The notes below the pieces were generated by a model that ran no database searches, was not told the origin of the DNA, and was given only the letters and a program-made list of their open reading frames with translations. DNA of 64,000 nucleotides from Candidatus Cloacimonadota bacterium (GTDB taxonomy: Bacteria > Cloacimonadota > Cloacimonadia > Cloacimonadales > PWNZ01), in contig PWOA01000092.1 of NCBI GenBank assembly GCA_003564155.1, positions 4,375 to 68,374 of the forward strand, written 5' to 3'. The first letter of the stretch is position 1, and every line of letters begins with the position of its first letter. Made by a program: the position numbers and the translations under genes. Positions 40,259-51,203 of this stretch are shown here, piece after piece.

Positions 40259-41647
40259 ATGGATTCTGCTTGTTTCATAAACGAAAAACAGATTTTTGAG
40301 TTACTAGAAGCAAATAATAAACCCGACCATCATCAAATTGAAGACATTCTGGCAAAAGCTGAAGCGAAAAGAGGTCTTTCTTTAGAAGAAACTGCCATTT
40401 TACTCAGTATTCAAGGAGAAGATCAATTAAATAAGCTTTATCAAACAGCAAAAAAGATCAAAGATGAAATCTACGGTAACAGAGTCGTTATTTTTGCACC
40501 ACTTTATGTTACTAATGAATGTGCTAACGTTTGTGAATATTGCGGTTTTCGTGCTGATAACACCGATCTGCACCGTAGGACACTAACTAAGGATGAATTA
40601 CAGTTAGAAACACAAATTCTAACGGCAACAGGACATAAACGATTACTATTGGTTTACGGCGAACACCCGAAATTTACACCTCAATGGATTGCTGAATCAA
40701 TAGAAGCTGTTTATGAAACGGGTGACAATAAGAACAAAATCAGACGTATAAATGTTAATACCGCTCCTATGGATGTTTCCGGATTCAAAATTATCAAAGA
40801 AGCCGCTATAGGTACTTATCAATGTTTTCAAGAAACTTATCACCGCTCTACATATGAGAAAGTACATCTTAAAGGAATGAAAAAAGATTATCTCTATCGT
40901 CTATATACCCATCATAGAGCAAACCAAGCAGGTATTGACGATACCGGATTGGGAGTTCTCTTCGGTTTATACGATTGGAAATTTGAGATATTAGCGCTCT
41001 TGCAACACTCTTTTGATTTGGAAAAAGAATTTGGTGTTGGACCTCACACGATTTCTTTCCCACGAATAGAACCGGCATTGAATGCTCCCTTGTCTGAATG
41101 CCCCCCCTCTTTAGTAACTGATAATGATCTCAAGAAAATCATTGCTGTTGTCAGATTAGCTATACCTTATAGTGGTATAATTTTAACCACTAGAGAACAA
41201 GCAGAATTTCGGAAAGAAGTATTGGAACTCGGTGTATCACAAATATCAGCAGGATCAAGAACTTATCCAGGAGCTTATAAAGATGAAAAAGAAAACAAAC
41301 GTGATATGCAGCAATTCACTATCGGCGATACCAGATCTTTAGACGATACTATAAAGGATATTATCCAACAAGGATTCCTACCTTCGTTCTGTACTTCTTG
41401 TTATCGTAAAGGAAGAACAGGACACACTTTCATGGAGTATGCTAAACCTGGTGATATCCACAAATTTTGTCAGCCTAATGCTGTTTTTACTCTATTGGAA
41501 TATTTACTTGATTATGCTTCACCTGAGACTAAAGAGTTAGGCTTAAAAAGAATTCAGTCAGAAACGTCTAATTGCGGTATTTTCAATCATATAATTAGCG
41601 ACATGTATAATCGTGCCCTAGCTGGAGAACGTGATTTAATGCTCTGA
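40259..41647 (+). CDS. hydG: [FeFe]-hydrogenase maturase HydG
   Basis: FAPLYVTNECANVCEYCGF, FQETY, GVGPHTISFPR, SFCTSCYR.GRTG...FC (second cluster site). Confidence 0.95.
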   Translation: MDSACFINEKQIFELLEANNKPDHHQIEDILAKAEAKRGLSLEETAILLSIQGEDQLNKLYQTAKKIKDEIYGNRVVIFAPLYVTNECANVCEYCGFRADNTDLHRRTLTKDELQLETQILTATGHKRLLLVYGEHPKFTPQWIAESIEAVYETGDNKNKIRRINVNTAPMDVSGFKIIKEAAIGTYQCFQETYHRSTYEKVHLKGMKKDYLYRLYTHHRANQAGIDDTGLGVLFGLYDWKFEILALLQHSFDLEKEFGVGPHTISFPRIEPALNAPLSECPPSLVTDNDLKKIIAVVRLAIPYSGIILTTREQAEFRKEVLELGVSQISAGSRTYPGAYKDEKENKRDMQQFTIGDTRSLDDTIKDIIQQGFLPSFCTSCYRKGRTGHTFMEYAKPGDIHKFCQPNAVFTLLEYLLDYASPETKELGLKRIQSETSNCGIFNHIISDMYNRALAGERDLML

Positions 41648-41689
41648 TTTTTATGCAATTAATAACAATTAAAAGGTATTGTTAAACAT

Positions 41690-42940
41690 ATGAAGAAAAC
41701 ACCGGTTTCAATGAGACCACATATCGGTATTTTCGGCGTCAGAAATGCCGGAAAATCTTCTTTAATTAACGCTATAACCGGTCAAAACACTGCTATAGTC
41801 TCTACAACTCCGGGAACCACAACTGATCCCGTCGGAAAAGCCATGGAAATCCTTCCTTTAGGACCGGTGTATATATTAGACACTGCAGGATTAGACGATA
41901 CAGGCGAACTGGGAGATAAGAGGATAAAAAAGTCTTTATCAGCTTTACGAAGAACCGATTTGATATTATTAATTACGACAATTGATAGCTTTGGTATTTG
42001 GGAAAAGATCTTTATTGAAGAGCAGTCTCTTATTCAAAAAGATAATCGAAAAAGAAATATTATTGTCGTTTTAAACAAAAATGATCTAACTTATGCAAAA
42101 GATAAAGAAAAGCAAGTTACCGATTATTTAACTTCTATAGGTATTGATTATATATCCGTTTCAGCAGCAACGGGTAAGAACATACCTGAATTGCGGTTAA
42201 AGCTTGCGCAAAGGCTTCCGGAAGTAATCGGCTCAGACACAATCATTGGTGACTTAATAGAAGCGGAAGACATAGTATTGCAAATAATACCCATAGATTC
42301 TGCAGCACCTAAAGGGCGTATCATATTACCCCAAGAACAAGTATTACGCGAAGCTTTAGATACTCACTGTATATCAATATGTATTCAACCTCAACAAATT
42401 GATCAGGTAATGTCTCACTTAAATAAAAGACCAAAATTAGTAATAACTGATTCTCAAGCTATAGAATACGTCGCCGAACATGTGCCCGGTGATATCCCTC
42501 TAACGACGTATTCAATTGTCTTTTCTCGTTTGAAGGGAGAACTCATACCTTTCATAGAGGGTTTATCAGCACTCCCCCACCTTAAAGATGGAGACAAAAT
42601 CCTCATTGCTGAGGCATGTACTCACCATAGTCAACCGGACGATATAGGCAGAGTTAAAATACCGGCCTGGTTGAATAAGTTTACCGGTAAGCAGTTAGAT
42701 TACATCCTAAACCCTGGTAAAATGATTCATCAAGATATAGATAACATAAAACTAATAATCCAATGCGGTGGGTGTATGATCAATCGTCAAGAGATGTTAT
42801 CACGTATCGATTTGGCTCGCAAGAACAAGATACCTATTACTAATTATGGTGTCTTAATATCACATCTGCATCATTCTTTAATCAGGACGATCAAACCTTT
42901 CCCCAAGGCTTATCAAATATATAAACAAACAGTTAGTTAA
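41690..42940 (+). CDS. hydF: [FeFe]-hydrogenase maturation GTPase HydF
   Basis: GVRNAGKSS, GTTTDPV, DTAG, NKND, EACTHH, CGGCM, TNYG. Confidence 0.95.
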   Translation: MKKTPVSMRPHIGIFGVRNAGKSSLINAITGQNTAIVSTTPGTTTDPVGKAMEILPLGPVYILDTAGLDDTGELGDKRIKKSLSALRRTDLILLITTIDSFGIWEKIFIEEQSLIQKDNRKRNIIVVLNKNDLTYAKDKEKQVTDYLTSIGIDYISVSAATGKNIPELRLKLAQRLPEVIGSDTIIGDLIEAEDIVLQIIPIDSAAPKGRIILPQEQVLREALDTHCISICIQPQQIDQVMSHLNKRPKLVITDSQAIEYVAEHVPGDIPLTTYSIVFSRLKGELIPFIEGLSALPHLKDGDKILIAEACTHHSQPDDIGRVKIPAWLNKFTGKQLDYILNPGKMIHQDIDNIKLIIQCGGCMINRQEMLSRIDLARKNKIPITNYGVLISHLHHSLIRTIKPFPKAYQIYKQTVS

Positions 42941-42969
42941 CGATACTCCTCAGAGTTTTATTTAAACCT

Positions 42970-43998
42970 TTAGTCGTTAATTCTAAACTCTGTTATTCCT
43001 TGATATCTGCCGGCAGTAAAAAGTTTACCGTTGCTAATTTCAACAAAATATACATAGTCTGTATGGTATGAAGTAACTCTTTCCAGCAGCTTTGGTTTTT
43101 CAGGAGTCTCTCCGATATCAAATAAATATGCACCTCCACCACCGGAACCAACTGCTAAATAATTATCATTAGTAGCAACTGATTGAGCCCAGCCGGTAGT
43201 TTCATGAGAATAAACCCACTCAGGATTAAGTGGATCAGCAATATTTACAACCAGTAATCCTTCCTGTTTAGCCACAATATAGGCATAGTCACCTTTTACA
43301 GCGATATCTAAAGCATCGCCGGTAAGATTTATTTCTACTACAAAAGATCTTGAGTTCCGATCGAAAACATACATTCCTCTTTGGGATGCAGAAAAGAACA
43401 CGTAATCATCTGTAATTCTGAAGGAACTTAAGTTGTTGTATGCTGGATATGAACGATAAACAAAGTGATAAGGAAACATATCATCAGGTGGGTTAACCGT
43501 TCCGTATTGAAATATACTATTAGACATTGCTACACCTAAAATTATCTCATCATCTTCTGTTATCGTTCTTATCACTCTAGCGCTTCCAATATCACCACCT
43601 TGATAAGTCGCTACAAATACCGGTTGGTCAGGTTCGCTTATATCCCATCCATCAACTGCACTACGACCGCCCCATCTATTATACACCAACAAGGAATTAT
43701 ATCCATCGAGATAAGATACTTGCCTTACATTACTGTATGGTGCTGATTCGGCATATTCAGTCTTTCTGGATTCTAACTGTTTAGTTTCCCTGTTAAAAAT
43801 ACTGAATCCAGCTTGATCTTCAGCTACAAAAACGAATTGATCACTTACTTTAAGATCGTAAGGGATACCGACAGTTTCATATACATGAACTTTCGATAGT
43901 ACCTTACTTTCTTCCACATTTTCAGCTGGATCTGTAGGTTCTGCACAGCCAAAAAAGATCAAGGCTGTAAGTATCGGAAAAAGAATAATATATTTCAT
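42970..43998 (-). CDS. LVIVD-repeat beta-propeller lipoprotein
   Basis: Lipobox IFFGC; repeats such as IAVKGDYAYIV...GLLVVNIADPLNP. Confidence 0.8.
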   Translation of the reverse strand: MKYIILFPILTALIFFGCAEPTDPAENVEESKVLSKVHVYETVGIPYDLKVSDQFVFVAEDQAGFSIFNRETKQLESRKTEYAESAPYSNVRQVSYLDGYNSLLVYNRWGGRSAVDGWDISEPDQPVFVATYQGGDIGSARVIRTITEDDEIILGVAMSNSIFQYGTVNPPDDMFPYHFVYRSYPAYNNLSSFRITDDYVFFSASQRGMYVFDRNSRSFVVEINLTGDALDIAVKGDYAYIVAKQEGLLVVNIADPLNPEWVYSHETTGWAQSVATNDNYLAVGSGGGGAYLFDIGETPEKPKLLERVTSYHTDYVYFVEISNGKLFTAGRYQGITEFRIND

Positions 43999-44083
43999 GA
44001 GATAACCTCCTGTTATTTATCAAATATCATTACGTATAAATGAAGCAATTTCTGTTCCTTAACATCTCACAGATCATTTATCT

Positions 44084-45271
44084 TTAATTGTTATTTATGA
44101 CTTTCAATTCTGTACCAATTTCTTGAAATTTATCTAATGCCATGTCTAATTGATCTTTCGTATGGGTTGCCATAAAACTGCACCGGATTAAACCTTGGTT
44201 AGGTGGTACTGCCGGAGGGACTACCGGATTGACAAACACTCCTTCTTCGGCTAATCTTTTCCACACTCTGAAAGTAGTAATCATATCACCAATATGTAAA
44301 GGTATAACCGGTGTACACGAATATCCACAGTTAAACCCCATAGATTTTAGTGCATTGTGCATATAGTAAGTATTATTCCATAGTTTTGTGATACGTTCCG
44401 GTTCTTCTTCCATTATCTTAAGCGCTTCCAAAACACTTGCAGCAGAAGCAGGAGGTAAAGAAGCACTGAATATTAGGGATCTTGAATGATGTTTCAAGTA
44501 ATCAACTATTTGCTTATCTGCAGCAATAAATCCACCTACTGATGCTAGAGATTTACTGAAAGTACCCATTATAATATCTGTTTGTTGGGTACAGTTAAAA
44601 TGCATAGCTGCTCCGGCACCGGATTTATGCAGTACACCAAGAGAATGTGCTTCATCGACCATAAGTTTAGCATCATATTTTTCACATAGTTTCACTATAT
44701 TGGGTAAGTCGGCTATATCTCCTTCCATACTGAAAATTCCATCTACAATTACGATGGAGTTGTTGACAGCTGTTTTATGTAGAATTCTTTCTAGACTACT
44801 CATGTTATTATGCGCATATCTTAGCATTGTACCGTTTGAAAGTTTACACCCGTCGATAATAGAGGCATGATCATACTTATCGGTTATAATATAATCTCCT
44901 TTCATTATTAGAGCAGATATGGTCCCGATGTTTGCTTGGTAACCTGTTGCATATACTAAGGCAGCCTCTTTACCGACCAGTTTTGCTAATTCTTCTTCTA
45001 AGGTAATATGAATATCTAATGTTCCGTTCAAAAACCTAGATCCGGCACATCCTGAACCATATTTATTTAATGCGTCAATTGCAGCTTTCTTAACACGAGG
45101 ATGAGTTGTAAGCCCTAAATAACTATTAGATCCCATCATCAGCATTTTCTTGCCGTTTACTAGCACCACTGTGTCTTGTTCTGATTCTATAACTCTAAAA
45201 TACGGATAGTATCCCAAACTTCTGATTTTTTCCGCTTCCTGAAAATTATAACATTTATCAAATATTCCCAT
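44084..45271 (-). CDS. Alpha-oxoamine synthase, serine palmitoyltransferase-like
   Basis: GYYPYFRVIESEQDT, GSNSYLGL, GSRFLNGTLDIH, DEAHSLG, MGTFSKS (PLP lysine). Confidence 0.8.
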   Translation of the reverse strand: MGIFDKCYNFQEAEKIRSLGYYPYFRVIESEQDTVVLVNGKKMLMMGSNSYLGLTTHPRVKKAAIDALNKYGSGCAGSRFLNGTLDIHITLEEELAKLVGKEAALVYATGYQANIGTISALIMKGDYIITDKYDHASIIDGCKLSNGTMLRYAHNNMSSLERILHKTAVNNSIVIVDGIFSMEGDIADLPNIVKLCEKYDAKLMVDEAHSLGVLHKSGAGAAMHFNCTQQTDIIMGTFSKSLASVGGFIAADKQIVDYLKHHSRSLIFSASLPPASAASVLEALKIMEEEPERITKLWNNTYYMHNALKSMGFNCGYSCTPVIPLHIGDMITTFRVWKRLAEEGVFVNPVVPPAVPPNQGLIRCSFMATHTKDQLDMALDKFQEIGTELKVINNN

Positions 45272-45301
45272 AAATATCCTCTAATCAATATCCATCGTCC
45301 G

Positions 45302-46177
45302 TTAGTTTATTTCATACTTCCTTTTATTTTTAATCATAATGATTTTGTATAAAAAAAATAGTGTTAAAACGGTCAAGGCAATAATTGCTCCCGTACTTCC
45401 CATCAAACTGAGAGTAGTTACAATAATACTCGATATTAAAACTCCCATAAATATACATAATATTGATTTCCAGAACTTTAACCCTACTAAATAGGCTGCT
45501 AAAGATCCTGTCCAGGCACCTGTTATAGGCAATGGTATAGCTACAAAAAAAATCAGAGCTAATTCCTCGTATTTTTCCACCAACTTCGTCTTCTTTCTAG
45601 TCCGTTCAAAAAGAAGATCTAATAATTTTTTCAGATAAGCATTTCTGCTCAATAGACGGACAACTCCATCAAAAAATAATAAAATAAAGAAGATTGGAAT
45701 CATATTGCCAACGATACTCATTAAATAAACAACGACGGGATCAAGCCGAAAATAGTTTATGCCTATTGGTATTGAACCTCTTAATTCGAATATTGGCAGC
45801 ATAGATATCACGAATGTAGTCAGGTAAGGCGGGAACAAATTTTCTAAAGTGTTAAGAATCTCACGTCTCAGAGAAGATTCCGGTTTAACTTTTTCTTCAA
45901 GCATATAATCCTTAGAGGCTAAAGGCTTGGAAGAAGATCTCTCCTTATCATCAGACGAAGGTTCACTATCAGCTACGAGATAATTATTGTTATGAGTTTT
46001 TTCGGTTGAGACTAAAACGTGATCATTATAATTAAACAAATCACCCGAATTTGAATAAGATTCATCATTGACAAGTATTTGAGAACCGTTAATATCAGTA
46101 TTAACACTCAAAATGATACAAACAAACAGTATTATTAATAGATACGGCTTATTGATTGTTCCAGCCCTCATTACCAA
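45302..46177 (-). CDS. COG2426 'small multidrug export' membrane protein with N-terminal soluble extension
   Basis: SMLPIFELRGSIP, FVAIPLPITGAWTG. Confidence 0.8.
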   Translation of the reverse strand: MVMRAGTINKPYLLIILFVCIILSVNTDINGSQILVNDESYSNSGDLFNYNDHVLVSTEKTHNNNYLVADSEPSSDDKERSSSKPLASKDYMLEEKVKPESSLRREILNTLENLFPPYLTTFVISMLPIFELRGSIPIGINYFRLDPVVVYLMSIVGNMIPIFFILLFFDGVVRLLSRNAYLKKLLDLLFERTRKKTKLVEKYEELALIFFVAIPLPITGAWTGSLAAYLVGLKFWKSILCIFMGVLISSIIVTTLSLMGSTGAIIALTVLTLFFLYKIIMIKNKRKYEIN

Positions 46178-46805
46178 TTAACGGTACAAAAGTACATTGT
46201 CCGTATTCTTTTTTTTCCAACTTGTTTCCCTGCTTAGTAACCTGTAACAATTTCTGCCAATAACGACTACCTGCAGGGATAATTAATACTCCATGATCCG
46301 ATAATTGATCCAATAGTTTTTGGGGAATATCCGGTGCTGCTGCAGAAACAACAATTTTATTAAAAGTTTTTCTGACCGGAAAGGCTTTCTCCCAACCTCT
46401 GGTTCCATCACCAACACGATAATAAACATTTTCATATCCTAAACTATCAATGATATCTCTGGCTTTTGATAATAATTCCGGTATTCTTTCGACAGTAAAT
46501 ACTTGCTTAACAATTTCAGCTAATAGTGCTGTTTGATAACCTGATCCGGTTCCAATCTCCAAAACGGTATCTTCCTCATTTAAATCTAATAGATCAAGCA
46601 TCAGGGCTACAATAAAGGGTTGAGAAATTGTCTGTCCTTTCCCAATACTTAAAGGACTGTCTTGATATGACAGTCTTTGTAATTCTTCCGGCACAAAAAT
46701 GTGCCGTGGGATTTTCTCGAAAGCTGCTAATATTTTCGGATTATCTATGCCACGTCCAGCAATATGACGTTCCACCATAATTCGTCTTTGGTCTTCAAAT
46801 TTCAT
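46149..46805 (-). CDS. pcm: Protein-L-isoaspartate O-methyltransferase
   Basis: PRHIFVP, GQTISQP, LEIGTGSGYQ, GDG..G, FVPLIG; follows surE. Confidence 0.95.
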   Translation of the reverse strand: MKFEDQRRIMVERHIAGRGIDNPKILAAFEKIPRHIFVPEELQRLSYQDSPLSIGKGQTISQPFIVALMLDLLDLNEEDTVLEIGTGSGYQTALLAEIVKQVFTVERIPELLSKARDIIDSLGYENVYYRVGDGTRGWEKAFPVRKTFNKIVVSAAAPDIPQKLLDQLSDHGVLIIPAGSRYWQKLLQVTKQGNKLEKKEYGQCTFVPLIGNEGWNNQ

Positions 46806-46872
46806 AATAAAAAACCTTTTTTCAATAAATCAGATTAAAAAATACATTCATAAATCTCAAAATCTCATATAA

Positions 46873-47637
46873 CTACCTTTCTTTGTTTAAATTATCCTCT
46901 ATCCAGTTGTTTAGTTTAGGCCATGATTCATAGTTGGTGAAATTTGGTGACACCGGAGTTAATGATATAAAATTGTTTTTAGTAGCAGCAATGTCGGTTT
47001 CTTCATCCTGCATCCACTCAGGTTTATCTCCACCCAACCAATAAACTTCTCTGCCTCTAGGATCTTTTTGAACGGTTACAAAGTTCTTGTATCTTCTGTT
47101 TCCTGTTTTTGTTATTTTGATGCCTCGAATCTCCTCTATCGATACTGCGGGAACGTTAACATTCAAAATCTCACCTTTGGCAATTACTTTTTTTATGTTT
47201 TTCTTTAGCAATTGATCGATGTAGTAGGCAGCAGTTTCGTATTGCATGATAGTTTTCGAACATAAAGATACAGCTATTGCCGGTAATCCGAAATACATAG
47301 CTTCAATTGCAGCTGCTACTGTTCCTGAGTATAATATATCCTCTCCGAGGTTAGGCCCGCTGTTTATACCGGAGATAACAATGTCGAAATCATTCTTCTT
47401 AATCACCTCTAAAGCTAATATAACACAATCTGCAGGACTCCCGGTTACTGAAAAACGATTCTGTTTAGTTTCGATAATACGCAAAGGCAGATTGAGAGTT
47501 ATGGAATGTGAAGAGGCACTTTTCTCAACATCCGGCGCAACCACCAAAATATCATGTTTTTTCTTTTCAAGATAATCAGCTAAAATATTAAGACCGGGAG
47601 CGTTAATTCCATCATCATTTGTTAATAGTATTTTCAT
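46873..47637 (-). CDS. surE: 5'/3'-nucleotidase SurE
   Basis: LLTNDDG, GSPADCV, SGIN.G.NLG, YSGTV. Confidence 0.96.
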   Translation of the reverse strand: MKILLTNDDGINAPGLNILADYLEKKKHDILVVAPDVEKSASSHSITLNLPLRIIETKQNRFSVTGSPADCVILALEVIKKNDFDIVISGINSGPNLGEDILYSGTVAAAIEAMYFGLPAIAVSLCSKTIMQYETAAYYIDQLLKKNIKKVIAKGEILNVNVPAVSIEEIRGIKITKTGNRRYKNFVTVQKDPRGREVYWLGGDKPEWMQDEETDIAATKNNFISLTPVSPNFTNYESWPKLNNWIEDNLNKER

Positions 47638-47885
47638 CTAAAATTCCTCGTTCGATATTCTCAGGTAGTATGCTCTAACAACTTCTAAATCTTCTATTTA
47701 TGTGTTATAAATTAACAGAGGGCTATTATTGCAAGCAAAAATTCAAGGGTTACTGGATATTTTGTCAATTTTTACTCTGTTATAAAGGCACAAACTGCAG
47801 TCCATTACAACGTTACGTCTATATCAATGCATTTCCATAACAGCAATTGTTGTGGTTATTATAGCTGTCCGCACTAGATCTAAGT

Positions 47886-49892
47886 TTAAAGCAGTCCCCA
47901 TTTCTTTCTGAAAAATATCTCTAAACAGAAAGATAATAAAAACAAGGTAATAATTAACCAGTGACGGTAGAGTGAAATTTCGAACTTTACTCTTTCGGTT
48001 TTTTGGGTAGCTGCATCGGTTGTAAAACTGTCGATATCTTCATGATGAATTATTTCCCCGCCGGTTTGACGTGAAATAAACGATAGCAATGGATAATTAT
48101 AGCCTCTATATCTTCCTTGAGAATGAACATCGGAAACCAAAAAGTCACCTTCGGCAGTTTTATCTATAGTCTCTTCCACAATTCTATAAGTGTATTGACC
48201 TGAGGAAAGATTAGTTATCGCAGTCAAATAATTCTGATTCGCAAATGACATATATTCTTCTTCTACCAAAGAATCATCTTTGTCAAATAGCTGTAACCGG
48301 GGGTTTAGATTCGGATTTGCTGAAAGAGTCTCATCGAGGGCTGTAAGTTTTATGGTTACCTTTTCACCCAGGAAATAGCTGTTTTTGTCGGTTTGAGCAA
48401 AAAAATCAGCGCCCGCAGGGTTTGCTAACCAAGTTGAGAGATTAGCCATGAATGTATTGTACTGATCGTCTTCAGCTCTCATTTGCCAACGCCATAGGTC
48501 GAAAAAAGGCATATAGATAACTCGTCCTTGCCGGTATTGATTGTAGATTATTGCAGGGCTTCGTTCTTCATTATTAAAGGCAGCTAAAATTTCCGGATGC
48601 AGCATGGTAGAAACATAATAGTAATTAACTGTGGGAATATTATCAGCGTTAATGTTATTAAACGTCTGATATTTATCACTGCTCGATGATAAGGAAATAG
48701 TACTTCTGAATGACCTGTCAATACCCATATCGGTTGAAGCTTTAATCTCTTGTAGAGATTCTTTCGGCTTACCAACAAATAGTAAACCGCCACCATTACC
48801 TACAAACCTGTCAATTAACTGTAATTGATCATCATCAAAATCCAAATCTCCATGGTTTACAATCACCAGCAACTGCATATGATCTTGGAATATATCATGA
48901 AATTGAATTGATTGATTTGCCTCATAAAATCTATTATTATGAAAAGTAAATAATGAGATCTCTTTACGATCATCTCTACTGAGGGCATTATTAATGTATC
49001 TGACATCCCAATTCAATCTGTCAGTTAGAATACTGATTCCGCTTCTTTTGTCAATAACACGAATTGCTCCAGGATAAACATTATTATTTAGGTTACTCTC
49101 TTCTTGATCGTAATCCGTCGCTTCAATTTCAACATACATTGAATAAAGCCCGGGATCATCGAAAGTATAATCAAATGTAACTTGCCGGAATGACTCTTCA
49201 CTAAAGTCCACTTCTTGAGTGTCAATCAATTCATCTTCCAAAAATAAACTTACCAGACCTTTATCAGTATAATTATCAGCAAATACCTCTGCAATTATTG
49301 TCACTTCTTCTTCGGTATAAGCTATTTGATTATAAAGCAATCTATTAATTCCTAAATCAAAATCTTCTAATTCATAATCAGGATGAATAGTAGTAATCGG
49401 AATATTAAAACGATTCACAATATCCATCTCTTCATCGGAAAACCATCCATCGGATAACAAAAATACTTTTTCAATATTATCCAAAGAAAGCCTTTCAGTA
49501 AGATTTTCCAGTGTAAGTGAAATATTTGAACCGGTTCTTTCCCCGTCTATACCATCGGCAAAAGTGAAATGATGAGTATTAAAATTACTGTCTTCAATGA
49601 CATGGATTAACTGATTACTATAATTATCCATAACTTTAGCTTTTGTTTCCTTCCCTACCGACAAATCCATACTCAAGGAATTATCGGTAAGAAATACAAT
49701 ATCGGGATAATATCTATGATTTCTGTTAAAGCTGATAACAGGATTAAAAAGAAGCATCAATAAGATTATTATTGTCACGAATCTCAAAATTCGCAGTAAT
49801 GTTCTTTGCCTTCCCGTTATAACCGGAACGGTACTTTTGTAATAATAATAAACCAGTGCTATAACCGGTATTATAAAAAATAAAATCAGCAC
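47886..49892 (-). CDS. Membrane-anchored vWA / Ig-like / GATase-like domain protein
   Basis: Two N-terminal TMs, MIDAS-like DNSLS and LSDG, Ig-like segment ending E....NN, LWRW motif, C-terminal TM with RKKWGL. Confidence 0.65.
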   Translation of the reverse strand: MLILFFIIPVIALVYYYYKSTVPVITGRQRTLLRILRFVTIIILLMLLFNPVISFNRNHRYYPDIVFLTDNSLSMDLSVGKETKAKVMDNYSNQLIHVIEDSNFNTHHFTFADGIDGERTGSNISLTLENLTERLSLDNIEKVFLLSDGWFSDEEMDIVNRFNIPITTIHPDYELEDFDLGINRLLYNQIAYTEEEVTIIAEVFADNYTDKGLVSLFLEDELIDTQEVDFSEESFRQVTFDYTFDDPGLYSMYVEIEATDYDQEESNLNNNVYPGAIRVIDKRSGISILTDRLNWDVRYINNALSRDDRKEISLFTFHNNRFYEANQSIQFHDIFQDHMQLLVIVNHGDLDFDDDQLQLIDRFVGNGGGLLFVGKPKESLQEIKASTDMGIDRSFRSTISLSSSSDKYQTFNNINADNIPTVNYYYVSTMLHPEILAAFNNEERSPAIIYNQYRQGRVIYMPFFDLWRWQMRAEDDQYNTFMANLSTWLANPAGADFFAQTDKNSYFLGEKVTIKLTALDETLSANPNLNPRLQLFDKDDSLVEEEYMSFANQNYLTAITNLSSGQYTYRIVEETIDKTAEGDFLVSDVHSQGRYRGYNYPLLSFISRQTGGEIIHHEDIDSFTTDAATQKTERVKFEISLYRHWLIITLFLLSFCLEIFFRKKWGLL

Positions 49893-50159
49893 TTAGCTCT
49901 CCATATTATTTGTTATTTGCATGTAACTACAAGATTATTGTTTATATTAAGTTTGAATTGCATATAAAAGTTCCTATATTACTCCTTTTCCCTCATATAT
50001 GTAAATGATCTTTTTTACCATATGTTATAATATCTGATAATCGTTCAGAATCGCTCTTGAACATTAGAACGAAAATTGTTAGACCTTGTTTCCTGATAAA
50101 AAATTAGCAGTCGTTACCAGGTAAGCAATTCTTCAAAGCAAAGTGACTTGGAAATGTTT

Positions 50160-51203
50160 TCACCAAGTGTTGGCCGGATGTTGCTTTGTTAATCTAAATT
50201 CTTTCAGGGATAACTCTTTATCAACTATCACAGGGAGAGTGGACGTTCCCCAGATAGCTTTGATTTTATGTAATAGTTGTCGGTTATGACCCCAAAAAAG
50301 GGAGACTGCTTTATCGGAAATGACCAAGGTAAATGGATTGTTTTCAGGAGATTTTTCTTGCTCTATTTCATATAATTTGAGTTTATCCTTAACTGAACGG
50401 TAATAAACTTCAATAACGACTAATTCACCAAATGAAGGATGGTAAGGACCGGCCACTACTGCCTCTTCAGTTAGTGATAAGTCTGAGTGCAAACCGGTTT
50501 TGATGACCTTAATATTATGCTTATCGAATTCTATCTTCATATCAGCACAGATGTCAATAGCTTGTTCGAGCTTTAAAGGTTGGTATATACCTTCTTCATA
50601 ATAGGATGCTAACTCTGTGTCACGCAATACTATTGTGGGATATATCCTAACATAGTCAGGTTTAATAGCAATTGTTTTAGATACTGTTTCAGCTAATGTT
50701 TGTCGATTGCTTTTAAACAAACCCGGCATAAGTTGAATTCCAAGTTTAATCTTGTTACGCTTGATCATATTGCATGATTCTATCGCTCGCTCGCTACCAT
50801 AAATTCGTTTATTAGCTGCTAATACTTGATCTGAAAAACTCTGAATACCTAATTCAATAGTTTTAATATTATGACTTTGACAAAATCGTAAAACATTCAT
50901 ATTTATACCATCAGGTCTTGTTGAAACACGAATACCGGAGGTATACTTAGAATACTTTTCGATCCCCTTTAATAACTTCGCTTGTATCTGGAAGTCAAGT
51001 AGGGTAAAAGAACCACCATAGAATGCTATTTCAATATCTTCTTTTTTATATTTTCGGCAGAATGTGTCTAATTGTTCAATAAGATTATCAATCTTGATTT
51101 CTCTCTCCGAAATGTCCTTTTGGTTGGTGATAAACCCTTGTTGACAATATATACATCTTAGAGGACATCCCAAAAAAGGTATAAATATGGGGAATATTTT
51201 CAT
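50160..51203 (-). CDS. Radical SAM protein (Elp3-related, rnc-linked)
   Basis: PIFIP..GCPLRCIYCQQ, AFYGGSFT, STRPD, ELGIQS, RIYPT, AGPYHP. Confidence 0.85.
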   Translation of the reverse strand: MKIFPIFIPFLGCPLRCIYCQQGFITNQKDISEREIKIDNLIEQLDTFCRKYKKEDIEIAFYGGSFTLLDFQIQAKLLKGIEKYSKYTSGIRVSTRPDGINMNVLRFCQSHNIKTIELGIQSFSDQVLAANKRIYGSERAIESCNMIKRNKIKLGIQLMPGLFKSNRQTLAETVSKTIAIKPDYVRIYPTIVLRDTELASYYEEGIYQPLKLEQAIDICADMKIEFDKHNIKVIKTGLHSDLSLTEEAVVAGPYHPSFGELVVIEVYYRSVKDKLKLYEIEQEKSPENNPFTLVISDKAVSLFWGHNRQLLHKIKAIWGTSTLPVIVDKELSLKEFRLTKQHPANTW

